Part shown: positions 18,444-27,957 of the stretch, piece by piece
Position numbering within the stretch: the stretch's first letter is position 1
Layout of the letters: each line of letters opens with the position of its first letter
IMG/VR virus record: IMGVR_UViG_3300046463_000548
Span: 89,707 to 153,706 of that record
Length of the DNA: 64,000 nucleotides
Source: a virus
Reading direction: 5' to 3' (one strand)
The notes under the pieces: model-generated
Database searches by the model: none
Told to the model about the DNA's origin: nothing
Seen by the model: the letters and a program-made list of their open reading frames with translations, nothing else
Position numbers and translations under genes: made by a program

Positions 18444-19381
18444 TTCGCTGTCCCGTAAAGAGCCACGGTCTTGCCGTACACTTGGCGCATCGCCTGGATC
18501 GAGCCAAGACGCTCCAAGATGTCGCGGTGCTGGAACCAGCCGCCTGTGAAGTTGCGGCAGGAGCCGTTAACCTCCGCACCGTATGCTTGGTGCTCGGTCG
18601 GTGAGGCGTGAAGTGGCTTGGACTCAACGAGCCGCTCATAGAGCGCAATATCTGAATCGCGCGAGGGATTTTTCTTGTCGTGAGTCAGATACGAAACGCG
18701 TGCGCAGCGTGCGGCCGACATCGCCAAAAGGTCACTGACGGGAACATGCATACGCTCTTCGAGCGAGATGTATGGCAGGTGCCAGTTGCGTGCGTCGGAG
18801 CCGTTTGATGCGTATTTCACGACGCGCGGCTTTGACGCTTCGTAGGCCGTGATCATCGTGTGTGCCAGGTCTTGAATGTCCGGCTGCGCGTCTTCGTGGT
18901 CACGCAGTTCGTACCAGTTCTCCCATTCCGTAGCGGTAGCTACGACAGAGATTCGGGAATACGGCTCCAGATGTCGATTCACGATCTGTTTGTGGTAACC
19001 GGCTTCTGAGAACGCTTCAGCCCAGTTAGCAGAGTGCGCGGCTGCACGGTCCCACGCTTCCTCGCGGGTCAGGAGTTCGCCCGTCATCGGATCGGCCACG
19101 AGGTTAGTGCACTCTTCGTGTGCTTGCATACCCGGTTGGTTCTTCCCCCAGTGCACGGGCTTTGCCGCATCCGTGCGTACTTCTTCGAGCAGCTTCGCAG
19201 TCGGGATGGCCCGCGACGAGGAAGCATTGCGCGAGAAGACTCGGTGAGTTAAGAACTCCGCATGGACGGCACGCCAGTAGCGTAGCTGGAACGTGAGCAG
19301 TTCTTTGCCGGTGTGTCCGTTGATCGAGTGTTCGATGACTGATACGAGTGCGGCTTTGCCTTGGAAGGTTTGATAGTTCAT
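18440..19381 (-). CDS. thyX: Flavin-dependent thymidylate synthase
   Basis: EFLTHRVFSRNASSSRAIP motif, HKQIVNR.LEP, AQPDI, HASPTEH. Confidence 0.85.
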   Translation of the reverse strand: MNYQTFQGKAALVSVIEHSINGHTGKELLTFQLRYWRAVHAEFLTHRVFSRNASSSRAIPTAKLLEEVRTDAAKPVHWGKNQPGMQAHEECTNLVADPMTGELLTREEAWDRAAAHSANWAEAFSEAGYHKQIVNRHLEPYSRISVVATATEWENWYELRDHEDAQPDIQDLAHTMITAYEASKPRVVKYASNGSDARNWHLPYISLEERMHVPVSDLLAMSAARCARVSYLTHDKKNPSRDSDIALYERLVESKPLHASPTEHQAYGAEVNGSCRNFTGGWFQHRDILERLGSIQAMRQVYGKTVALYGTAK

Positions 19382-20739
19382 TTCTTCTCTTTGTTGAACA
19401 AGTTTTGAGTTTTGGTTTCAGCCGTTTTTCGAGCGTGCTTGATCCGGGCCCGTGAAATCTCGACGTACTCTGGCGTCATGTCGATACCCGCGAATTTGAA
19501 ACCTTCGAGCATGCAGGCTTTGCCCGTCGAACCTGAGCCCATGAAGGGGTCAAGCACAATTCCGTTGGGTGGAGTTACGAGTCGGACCAGATATCGCATC
19601 AAGTCTGTAGGCTTGACTGTGGGGTGAATATTGGCTCTTGGAAGATTCGGATTTTTAGCCGCATCTTTTGACCACCCACCGCCCCCGCCGTCCTTACTAG
19701 CTATGTGTGCCTTGGACTTCTTTTCAAAACTTTCCAGTCCGTCGTCACGATCTTTCTTTGATGCCTTGGCGCAGTAGAAGAACCGTGCGGCTGACCCGCT
19801 GTCCGCATGAAAGGCACCCGCCACACGCTCCCGAACACCCGTAACGTTTCCGACACTTGCTCTGCTTTTCTCAGTTCCACGTACGGGGGCTGCCGCACCG
19901 CGCTCTCCAAACTTGGCGAATGCTTCTACCACTTCATCTGAACCATCGTGGATGATGTTAGCGGGCCATCTTCCGAGGTTTGAAGGGCCTTCGCGGTCTA
20001 CGGTGTCACCTTGCTGTCCTGGCACCGCCGTCAGCTTCTTGGAGGGTCCTCCCCAACCGGGGGTACCTATCTTCGGCGCAATACCTTGGGGCCAACCAAC
20101 ACGACACGCATCAACGTTCACAGCACCCGTTCTGTGCGTCAGCACATTGTTAGCTACTGTTCCTTTGAAAGGTTTGCGCGCAACACAGATGGGCTCGTGT
20201 GCCGGTTTAAGTGCGGTGCCCCACCCGTCCCATTCTTTTGCTTCATCGGTTGCGGCTGCTGTAATTTTGAGCGTTTGCGCGCCACGCATTGATTCAGTCC
20301 AGACATCTTGTGCGAACGTGCCAGCCCCGCCTATCCCAGCGCCTTTTCGGGTGCCGATAACTTTGCGTTCAGCACCGGCTGCTTTGTCCAGAGCCTTTCC
20401 AACATTCTGCGATTTTGGAAACCCACTTCCGTAAAGCCACATAATCTGGTCACGAATTTCGAAACCCGCATCTTCGATTGCGCACACCATCCGATGGTAG
20501 GTACGCGATCCGCTGAACGCTAGAAGATGTCCACCCGGTTTCAGAACTCGAAGTGCTTCTTTCCACAGATCGACGTTGTTGGCTATCCCCGATTTGTCCC
20601 AACCTTTTCCCATGAATCCGAGTTCGTACGGCGGATCACAAACTATCGAATGCACGGAGTTAGAGGGTATGGTTTTTAGAACTTGTTCGGACTTCCCCAG
20701 GAACAACTGATATCTTGAACACTTATACTTTGGTTTCAT
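19378..20739 (-). CDS. DNA N6-adenine/N4-cytosine methyltransferase (beta class)
   Basis: CDPPY, HPTVKP, LDPFMGSGSTG. Confidence 0.9.
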   Translation of the reverse strand: MKPKYKCSRYQLFLGKSEQVLKTIPSNSVHSIVCDPPYELGFMGKGWDKSGIANNVDLWKEALRVLKPGGHLLAFSGSRTYHRMVCAIEDAGFEIRDQIMWLYGSGFPKSQNVGKALDKAAGAERKVIGTRKGAGIGGAGTFAQDVWTESMRGAQTLKITAAATDEAKEWDGWGTALKPAHEPICVARKPFKGTVANNVLTHRTGAVNVDACRVGWPQGIAPKIGTPGWGGPSKKLTAVPGQQGDTVDREGPSNLGRWPANIIHDGSDEVVEAFAKFGERGAAAPVRGTEKSRASVGNVTGVRERVAGAFHADSGSAARFFYCAKASKKDRDDGLESFEKKSKAHIASKDGGGGGWSKDAAKNPNLPRANIHPTVKPTDLMRYLVRLVTPPNGIVLDPFMGSGSTGKACMLEGFKFAGIDMTPEYVEISRARIKHARKTAETKTQNLFNKEKK

Positions 20740-21463
20740 ATTCGAACGGCTGGAGTAGGTCTGGTTGGACCACGATGAACTGCGCACGCGACGAGTCAGA
20801 GCCCGGGTTCTCATTCACCCACTGCATGTTTCTGTCCAGTGCCATATCCGTGAAGATCAGGCGACCGTGAACCTCCAGGATCAGGCCAACCTTCTTGAAC
20901 TGAGCGGGAGGGACAATCGCGTCCTTTTGGAACGTCTCGAAGTCATCGCTCAGAAGCTGAGCGGTGCTTGCGTCAACCACAATGTGCTGCACTTCGGGCA
21001 TCGATATACGCTTGAGGAACTCGTCTGTCGTCGTGAAGTCGAGCCGTTTCACGTTTGCCGGGAAATGTTTGTAGCGGTAATGCTGTCTATGGCTCATAAT
21101 TTCCTCGTAGTGGTCAACGCTTAAGAGCCAGTCACCTTCTTTTTCAAGCCGCCTGATGGGAAACACGCCACGAAATGCGAAACCGTCCACCAGGAAATCA
21201 AGCTTGGCCTGATAGGTAATCTCACCGAGTCGGTGGCCCATGAAGTAACTGAGCAGACACTCCAGGTGTTGAACAACGTTTCGATCTAGAGGGTCGAAAT
21301 TGATAACGACTGTTTTATCCCGCGCAGGGTGTTGAAACGGAAGGGGCCGTCTGAACGCAACTAACTCGGAGGTCCCAAGCATCAAACCTAGAACGCCTCC
21401 GCGCAGTTCGTAGCCTTCTTCAAATGCTTGTTCCGGTTGGTCCGGTAATCTGACTAGGCGCAT
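20723..21463 (-). CDS. Hypothetical protein
   Basis: 246 aa ORF in operon. Confidence 0.6.
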   Translation of the reverse strand: MRLVRLPDQPEQAFEEGYELRGGVLGLMLGTSELVAFRRPLPFQHPARDKTVVINFDPLDRNVVQHLECLLSYFMGHRLGEITYQAKLDFLVDGFAFRGVFPIRRLEKEGDWLLSVDHYEEIMSHRQHYRYKHFPANVKRLDFTTTDEFLKRISMPEVQHIVVDASTAQLLSDDFETFQKDAIVPPAQFKKVGLILEVHGRLIFTDMALDRNMQWVNENPGSDSSRAQFIVVQPDLLQPFEYETKV

Positions 21464-21809
21464 AGGCGATTCCGCGTGGATGTTGAATGACGCAGTCCAT
21501 GAATCTCTGACGGAACGACTCAGGAATGTCTGGGTGTTGCTTGACGAATTGGAGCAGGAGGTTCTTCACCTGGAGTGCAATGGCTCTTGGATCAGAGCCG
21601 TCCCAGATAAACGCATCAGTGAACTTGAGGTGGTGACCTCTGCGCGTTGATTCGAAGGCGAACTTGCAGGAGGCTTGAGGTCTTCCGACTGTTCCGTGGA
21701 TGTTGAGGAAAGCGCGGCCCGAATTCATGTTCATTGAGTAACTGAAAGACGTTACGTCAACGGTCATCGCACCCTGCTTCTCATCTTTGAACGTAAATTT
21801 TGTTCCCAT
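21420..21809 (-). CDS. Hypothetical protein
   Basis: 129 aa ORF. Confidence 0.55.
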   Translation of the reverse strand: MGTKFTFKDEKQGAMTVDVTSFSYSMNMNSGRAFLNIHGTVGRPQASCKFAFESTRRGHHLKFTDAFIWDGSDPRAIALQVKNLLLQFVKQHPDIPESFRQRFMDCVIQHPRGIAYAPSQITGPTGTSI

Positions 21810-22021
21810 TGTTTGTAGTATTTCCGTTCGATTCGTTTTTGTATGTGAGCACCGCGATTGTCGTCAGGTGGATCAAACAATGGTTGGCACTGCTCAGCCT
21901 CAAAGACTTTCGCTTGTTCGACAAGAATTTTTGCGATGCTCTCTGACAAAGGGGATGGCCCCACAACGAGGATTGGCGTTCGATCACGTTGTGGTGAATC
22001 TTTCGGCTTCTGGTCCATCAC
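21764..22021 (-). CDS. Hypothetical protein
   Basis: 85 aa ORF. Confidence 0.5.
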   Translation of the reverse strand: MMDQKPKDSPQRDRTPILVVGPSPLSESIAKILVEQAKVFEAEQCQPLFDPPDDNRGAHIQKRIERKYYKQWEQNLRSKMRSRVR

Positions 22022-22307
22022 TATCTCCGTTTGTCCACTGGCTAAGCCGCTCCCGCTCCTGTTCTACCCACCAGTCAGGCGGTCGCACATCTATGTTCAA
22101 AAATCCACTTTGTATGGACTCAGGCGGGTTGTTTGATTCGTCGCATATCAGGATGTATTGAAGCGGTTCGATTGAACCCTCGTTCTTCCACTTCTCCAGC
22201 AACTGATGCGCACGGTTGGTGATTTCACGCAGCAGCATTGGACTGATGGGTTCAGAGAGGAATTCATCAACTAGCAAGTCGCGCAGGTACTGAGCGTTGA
22301 CTGACAT
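21984..22307 (-). CDS. Small protein resembling tail-sheath C-terminal domain
   Basis: FLSEP...YILICDESNNPPESIQSGFLNIDV. Confidence 0.55.
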   Translation of the reverse strand: MSVNAQYLRDLLVDEFLSEPISPMLLREITNRAHQLLEKWKNEGSIEPLQYILICDESNNPPESIQSGFLNIDVRPPDWWVEQERERLSQWTNGDSDGPEAERFTTT

Positions 22308-22553
22308 CTAGCGCCTCCCAGTCCGAGCACGTGCTCGCTTCTTGTCTCGAGGGAGGGCTTTACGAAGCGCTCGATTTTTACGTCGAGCTTCTTCGGGGCG
22401 CTCCCAGCTATTGCCGTGGTACACGATCCATCCAGAAGCGCCCTCCGGTGGTGCGGGAAGTGTTAGGGTCAGAGTGTTCGATTCCGAGTCTGTGCAATCG
22501 GGAAGCTCTCTCCAACCGTTGCCGAAGGTCACATGCGTTGTCCTGAATTCCAC
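22308..22553 (-). CDS. Hypothetical basic-tailed protein (copy 1)
   Basis: Ends KKRARARTGRR. Confidence 0.55.
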   Translation of the reverse strand: MEFRTTHVTFGNGWRELPDCTDSESNTLTLTLPAPPEGASGWIVYHGNSWERPEEARRKNRALRKALPRDKKRARARTGRR

Positions 22554-22798
22554 TAGCGCCTCCCGGTACGAGCGCGTGCCTGCTTCTTGCGCTTATGCAG
22601 AGTCTTTCGATAGGCGCGCATACGCAAGCGCCAGTCTTTCATCCGCTCCCAGTCGCGGCCCGTGTAGATGATGTATTCGGTAACACCTTCAAATGGATTG
22701 AACGTCAGCTCTATTTCGGGTTCTTTAGAAGGCGCGCTGAAGTACGTCATTCGCGCTACTTCTCCTATCTCGCCGCTGATCAGGTCACTTGGACTCAT
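22553..22798 (-). CDS. Hypothetical basic-tailed protein (copy 2)
   Basis: Ends KKQARARTGRR. Confidence 0.55.
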   Translation of the reverse strand: MSPSDLISGEIGEVARMTYFSAPSKEPEIELTFNPFEGVTEYIIYTGRDWERMKDWRLRMRAYRKTLHKRKKQARARTGRR

Positions 22799-23807
22799 TT
22801 TGTGTTCTCACATGGGACAGCGATTTCTCCACGAGAGCGACGATAGACTTCGGAAGCTTCACACCGGTCAGGTGCAGAGATACGGACTCAGCAAATAGCT
22901 CAGCGACGCTCTTTGTGGCGTACTCGGTGACCAGCGGCTTCAGGTCGTTCATCGAGACGCCTGACACGGGCCACACCTCGCGGATGTCGTCTTTGAACCC
23001 GGCTTCGAACAAAACGTCCAATTCCTTGATCGAGAGCTTGTGCTGCTGCTTGATGTGCTTCAGTATCCACTTCAGGGCGAGTGAATTTTCTTCGTCCAGT
23101 TGACCCTTGAAATCAGATGGGAGGTCCTCCTGTGACAGAAACTGGTCTAGCAACTCAGTGCACACTTTCTTGCCGATGTCTTCGACCAGGATCGTTGAGT
23201 TGTACAATTGCACCCACTGACCACGCAGCGACTTCGAGTGCAGAAACTCGCGGTCCATGTGGTGTGCGTGCTCGTGCAGGATGACCCACAGATAGTCTTT
23301 CGGCTCAACCATTTCCGGCCGGAAGATGAAGCGGTGCGGATTCTTTTCGGGATCGCGCGAACGCTTGTACATACCGCAATACTTCTCGCCGTTGTAGCGC
23401 TGGATTTCCCAGATGCTCGATTCCGGCTGAATCGTAAAGTCCAGACGCTGTTGCTTGAGAACGCGTGCGGCTTTATCGAATGACTTGAAGATGCGTTCAG
23501 CGACTTCCTGTTCTGGTTTATAGAACCAGTAAAGGGTGCCAAACTGATCATGCGTCTTGCGACCCTTGTACAGCGTCGTCAAATCGCAGTCGTACGCTTT
23601 GCCCGGTCGTGGGCTGCGCCCAAGATTTATGATGATGTCTTTGGTCGGAACCTCAACGGTTTTACGCAGGGCGCGCACATGAGAATCCTTTTCGAGGGCC
23701 CCCACGACAATCCCTTGATCAACACCGGACACCTTGAAAAGAAAATTCTTGCCGCTATCGCCAGTACTGGCAATGACGTAGTCACCACTTTCGAATTTGG
23801 ACATCAC
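22785..23807 (-). CDS. Zincin-like metallopeptidase
   Basis: LHEHAHHMD (HExxH) and TEYATKSVAELFAES third-ligand motif. Confidence 0.7.
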   Translation of the reverse strand: MMSKFESGDYVIASTGDSGKNFLFKVSGVDQGIVVGALEKDSHVRALRKTVEVPTKDIIINLGRSPRPGKAYDCDLTTLYKGRKTHDQFGTLYWFYKPEQEVAERIFKSFDKAARVLKQQRLDFTIQPESSIWEIQRYNGEKYCGMYKRSRDPEKNPHRFIFRPEMVEPKDYLWVILHEHAHHMDREFLHSKSLRGQWVQLYNSTILVEDIGKKVCTELLDQFLSQEDLPSDFKGQLDEENSLALKWILKHIKQQHKLSIKELDVLFEAGFKDDIREVWPVSGVSMNDLKPLVTEYATKSVAELFAESVSLHLTGVKLPKSIVALVEKSLSHVRTQNESK

Positions 23808-23819
23808 ACAGACCTATAG

Positions 23820-23853
23820 AAAAAGGCCCGAACCTTGTTTCAGGATCGGGCCT
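23820..23853 (-). terminator. Rho-independent terminator
   Basis: AGGCCCGA..TCGGGCCT stem plus T-tract. Confidence 0.75.
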
Positions 23854-23875
23854 CGTACACGGAGCAGACGGGCAC

Positions 23876-24976
23876 TTATTGGGCCATCACCTGAACAACG
23901 GGAGCTTGCGGAACGACAGGGATCACAATCGGTTGCGGAACCGGCTGCGGCTGAATCGTGATCGGCGTCTCGACCACTTCCGGGGCGGGTGCGGGCGCTG
24001 CGACTTCGGCAGGGATCAGAGCTTCAGTGACCACTGCGGGAGCCTCCACGGCTGCTTCCGGTGCTCCTGCGACCGTTTCTTGCGCGGCCAGGATCGTAGC
24101 CGGATCGAACTCGCTTTCTGCGGAGCTAACAACGGGCTGCGCTGCCACGGGGCCAAGCTCCACAGCTTCCACGCCCGGGGTAGGTGCCGTATCGAGCGTC
24201 TTGTTCGCCGTGCCCACCAGAACCGCAGCGTACAGGCCGTTCACCGAGTATTCAGGAACGATGCCGATCCATGCGTCCCACACGATTTCGTCACGGCGGA
24301 ACTTCGTCAGGACCGTGAAGTAATCGACCGTGTTGACTTCTGTTGACGGGTGGAACACTTCGCGCAGCGACTCTTCCGTGATGTTGCCTTCGAGCGGGAA
24401 GAGCAGCTTGTGTTCGGTCAGGTCGTATTGTTCGTTGGGCGAGTTCGAGTACAGAACGACTGCCTGCGACAAGTCTTCAGCCGTCAGCTTCGGCATGCGA
24501 AGGTCCGGATTCTGAGAGATTGCGAACGACACGCTCAGGTGCGTCGGCTCTTCGTTGCTCGCGGTCAATTCGCGCAGCATCTGCTCCGCAAGCGTCTCGT
24601 CGGAGTTTGCCGTGGCCGGTGCGCGAACGATCAACGAATCTTCGTCTTCGCCGTCGTCCGTGATTTGGATTACCGCGTCGTCTTCGTCTTCAAGGGTGCT
24701 GTAATCAGCCGGGTTGAAGACGATCAGGCGATTCAGGCGCTGTTCAAGCTCGCCATCGACGTTGTAGAACTGGTAGACCTTCAGAAACTTGTCCACGTCA
24801 CGGTTGTACACGTTGCCTTCAACGTCCGTGTAGATGACCTGTGGCGGATGGTCTTCCTGTGTTTTCGGGCTCAGGGTCAGGTTCGTCAGGAACAGGAATT
24901 TGACCTGGCTACCGTCCTTGCGCATCCATACACTGCCTTTTGACAGTTGCAAATCGAGGTTTTCGTTAGACGACAT
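23876..24976 (-). CDS. Hypothetical protein, DUF1653-like N-terminus, Ala/Pro/Glu-rich tail
   Basis: PPQVIYTD..GNVYNR..DKF pattern. Confidence 0.6.
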   Translation of the reverse strand: MSSNENLDLQLSKGSVWMRKDGSQVKFLFLTNLTLSPKTQEDHPPQVIYTDVEGNVYNRDVDKFLKVYQFYNVDGELEQRLNRLIVFNPADYSTLEDEDDAVIQITDDGEDEDSLIVRAPATANSDETLAEQMLRELTASNEEPTHLSVSFAISQNPDLRMPKLTAEDLSQAVVLYSNSPNEQYDLTEHKLLFPLEGNITEESLREVFHPSTEVNTVDYFTVLTKFRRDEIVWDAWIGIVPEYSVNGLYAAVLVGTANKTLDTAPTPGVEAVELGPVAAQPVVSSAESEFDPATILAAQETVAGAPEAAVEAPAVVTEALIPAEVAAPAPAPEVVETPITIQPQPVPQPIVIPVVPQAPVVQVMAQ

Positions 24977-25018
24977 TCTAAAAATCCTTTAGGGAAGGGG
25001 TTACGCCTGCTTCATTAG

Positions 25019-25393
25019 TTATTTACTCGTCGCAGGTGCATCTTTCGCAGGTATTTGTGCACCCGCTTTCACGTTTATATTCAACAACTTAGAGGTCAGT
25101 CGCACGTATCTGGCAAAGCGTCCGGAGCAGTCGGTATAAGCGTTTGCCCATGCAGAAATGGGGTCCAACGTGTCGCTTTCTGAGTACGGCCGGGTGTCAA
25201 GCAAAGCCATCGGCGTGCACGGTGCGATTAGCTGCTCGTCAATCGTTACGGACTGCTTGTTAGCCACGGTGGCCGGTAGGTCAGGGGCCACAGGTTTAGG
25301 CGGGGCCATTGAGCAGCCGCTAACAAGCACGGACACGCCAACAACAAAAAGTGCAAGTGCCACCAGCACTAGATCGCTCTTCTGTAGCTTCAT
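25019..25393 (-). CDS. Outer-membrane spanin (o-spanin) lipoprotein
   Basis: Signal peptide with lipobox VSGC, Pro-rich, Cys pair; coupled to i-spanin. Confidence 0.7.
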   Translation of the reverse strand: MKLQKSDLVLVALALFVVGVSVLVSGCSMAPPKPVAPDLPATVANKQSVTIDEQLIAPCTPMALLDTRPYSESDTLDPISAWANAYTDCSGRFARYVRLTSKLLNINVKAGAQIPAKDAPATSK

Positions 25394-25800
25394 TGAGATG
25401 CCCCGATAGGTGCTGAGGCAGGCGACTCAGCTTTCAGTATGTTGTTGATCGCTTGGACCGTTGGCAGAGACCAGCCGCACGATTTCGCTGTTTGCGGATT
25501 GGCTTCGCGATACTGCGTGACAACGCGCGACCGGGTAGTCATGGCCGCGAACGTAGCTGAGGCTGCGTCGGCGCGTGCGGCCTGCGCGTCACTCTCGAAC
25601 TGCTCCAGCTTGCCGTTGTTTGCTGCAACCTGGAGATTGTTCGCATCGACCATCTTGTTGATTGTGGTTTGCTGCGTGTCCCAGGCCACTTGATAGCCCT
25701 TGCTGTAGCCGTGACTCGAACCGGCCTCAAACGCACCGAGTAGGATCGCTAGGACTGCGACAAGGGGTAGCACGTACTTCAAAAGTAACGTTCCAATCAT
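25390..25800 (-). CDS. Inner-membrane spanin (i-spanin)
   Basis: N-terminal TM helix, coiled coil, C-terminal Cys; ATGA overlap with primase. Confidence 0.7.
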   Translation of the reverse strand: MIGTLLLKYVLPLVAVLAILLGAFEAGSSHGYSKGYQVAWDTQQTTINKMVDANNLQVAANNGKLEQFESDAQAARADAASATFAAMTTRSRVVTQYREANPQTAKSCGWSLPTVQAINNILKAESPASAPIGASQ

Positions 25801-26840
25801 TCCTGCACCTCGCATGAGAAGTACTTCGATTTGATACGGTCGATAATCCACGCGGGACAGTTGCCGGGATCAAACAAATCAACCCCGTCCTCTTTCGCGC
25901 GTTTCGACGGTTCCGGATAGTGCGCATATAGCTGGTATGGCGAACCCTTCACGGCCCACAACCTGATGGCCACAACGTCGAAGAAATTCCTTAGCTGGGG
26001 TTTCAATTTGTCGGTTGCGTCGATGCCCGCGTCGTCACCGTCCATCATCAAAATGATGCGTTCGACTCCTGAGATTTCCAGCAGACGGGACTTCTTGTCC
26101 GACCATGACTGGGTGCCGAAAATACACACAGCAGGAATGCCCGACATAATCAAACGCAGCGCATCTCGCTGACCTTCGACCAGCACCAGCGTGTTCAATC
26201 CCATGTCCTTCATCATCTGCAACGACAGATCGAATGGCCACAATCCGCGCGATTTTGACCAGCCGTCGTGATCGATGGCAGCGGCCAGCAGGTAGGAGGG
26301 TTTGTCCTTTTTCTTCTTCAGACGTGCGAGAAAGAAGCCTTCGGTTTCACCCTTGACGACGACCGGGAAATGAATAAATTTTTCGGTTCCCCATTTTTCA
26401 TATTCTTCGAACCACCGATAACAAAAACGAGCGCCAAGCTCGATCAGGAGATTCGTGGGTATCTGACGCCAGAATTTGTTTCGGGGAAGCTTCGAGAACT
26501 TGAATTTGTCCTTGCGATATTTCTCTTGGACAGTGAGCATCGATAGACCTTTGCTCATTAACAGGTCCATCGCTTCCTCATCCTTGGGCGGCCCCTTGGT
26601 GTAGGGCTGCAGTCCCAAGCGAGGTGCAACTTCGTCCCACGTAGCACGAGCAGGGCACGCAAAGCATTTGAAACGGCCTAGTCCACGTTCCCCTAACCAG
26701 ATGCTGCCTGAGGGCGTCCGCTCGCTGTGGTAGGGGCACAGGATCATCACCCGGTTACCTGCGTCTTTCTTCTGCCCCGCGTACCGTGCTAGCTGATCAC
26801 GGATGAAGTTGTATTTATTCTGCCGATCAATCGCGTCCAT
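25797..26840 (-). CDS. dnaG: DNA primase
   Basis: CPYHSERTPS...CFAC zinc finger; TOPRIM LVEGQRDAL and DGDDAG. Confidence 0.85.
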   Translation of the reverse strand: MDAIDRQNKYNFIRDQLARYAGQKKDAGNRVMILCPYHSERTPSGSIWLGERGLGRFKCFACPARATWDEVAPRLGLQPYTKGPPKDEEAMDLLMSKGLSMLTVQEKYRKDKFKFSKLPRNKFWRQIPTNLLIELGARFCYRWFEEYEKWGTEKFIHFPVVVKGETEGFFLARLKKKKDKPSYLLAAAIDHDGWSKSRGLWPFDLSLQMMKDMGLNTLVLVEGQRDALRLIMSGIPAVCIFGTQSWSDKKSRLLEISGVERIILMMDGDDAGIDATDKLKPQLRNFFDVVAIRLWAVKGSPYQLYAHYPEPSKRAKEDGVDLFDPGNCPAWIIDRIKSKYFSCEVQE

Positions 26841-27564
26841 TTTCCGTTTTCCGTCTAGGCGGAAGCACATCTAGATTCGGGTTCTTGTACAGCACCGCTT
26901 CGAGCGCGTTAAACGCTTTCAGCAAGCCATCGGTTTCCGTGAACGTGTTGCCCCACGAGTACCAGCGTGAGCACAGACTTTGCGTGTGGATGAACAACGG
27001 CCGGTTGTAGATCGCGGGGTACCGATAGAACACGTACCGCGTTGGCTCCTGATCGCGGATTTCCGGAATCCAGGAGTCGTCCGTCGAAAACAGCAGCCTC
27101 ACAGACTTATTTACTACGTCGTAGCAGCCCGTGAGGTGTAGCGGAACTTTTTCGGCCAGGACAATGAAGTACGAGTGATCCGACTGGTTGTTGATGATCG
27201 CTAGATACGGATCGTCTAACAGCAACCGAACATCCGACATCATCTGGTTGAGCTTGTACAGATTGCGTGCGCCTTCGAATCTTGAATCTATTTCCGTCAG
27301 CAACTCTTTGAGCTTGGTTGTGATGGTCGCAGATGCCGGACCGGATTCAGATATCACCGATACAGTGAGATACTTGTTGCGCTGGGGGATCGCAACAACG
27401 TCCTCTGTCTTGTTCAGACTGGATATGAGCAGGGAATAGATACCGCGAAATCGGGATTCGGTGTGAGCCCCGTGTTTCGTCTGTTCGTCCCTGAAAACGG
27501 GGAACGGTTTTACTGGCGTTGTTGCAGCCAGCATCACCGAGCCATAGACAGATGACTCTTGCAT
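26827..27564 (-). CDS. Hypothetical protein
   Basis: 245 aa ORF with RBS. Confidence 0.65.
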   Translation of the reverse strand: MQESSVYGSVMLAATTPVKPFPVFRDEQTKHGAHTESRFRGIYSLLISSLNKTEDVVAIPQRNKYLTVSVISESGPASATITTKLKELLTEIDSRFEGARNLYKLNQMMSDVRLLLDDPYLAIINNQSDHSYFIVLAEKVPLHLTGCYDVVNKSVRLLFSTDDSWIPEIRDQEPTRYVFYRYPAIYNRPLFIHTQSLCSRWYSWGNTFTETDGLLKAFNALEAVLYKNPNLDVLPPRRKTENGRD

Positions 27565-27585
27565 AGGGGAACCTCTGAGGGCTGG

Positions 27586-27957
27586 TTAATTCGTGGCGAG
27601 CATCTGGGGGACGGTGATCGCGCGGTTGCGGACCGTTCCACCAAAGAGGTGCGCGAGTTCGACGGGATTCTCAATCTCTGAATCCATGAGCACGTCAATT
27701 ACGTCGAATATCAGTAGCTCGCGCTGATCGGCCGTAGAGGCAAAAAACATCGTTGAGTACAGTTCCTGCTCAAAGACGTAAGTGCCTCTAGGCTCAGATG
27801 CGTCGTATGACGTGATGGTGAGTTGCATGTCGAACACGCCGCTAACCTTCGTCACAAACAGCAGATACGTGATGGGCGTGTCCTGCTTCTCCGCATCAAA
27901 TATCTGCCATTCATCATCACCAACCCGATCTACTGTGTATCGGGCCTGTGCTGTCAT
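27586..27957 (-). CDS. Hypothetical protein
   Basis: 123 aa ORF coupled to polymerase stop. Confidence 0.65.
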   Translation of the reverse strand: MTAQARYTVDRVGDDEWQIFDAEKQDTPITYLLFVTKVSGVFDMQLTITSYDASEPRGTYVFEQELYSTMFFASTADQRELLIFDVIDVLMDSEIENPVELAHLFGGTVRNRAITVPQMLATN

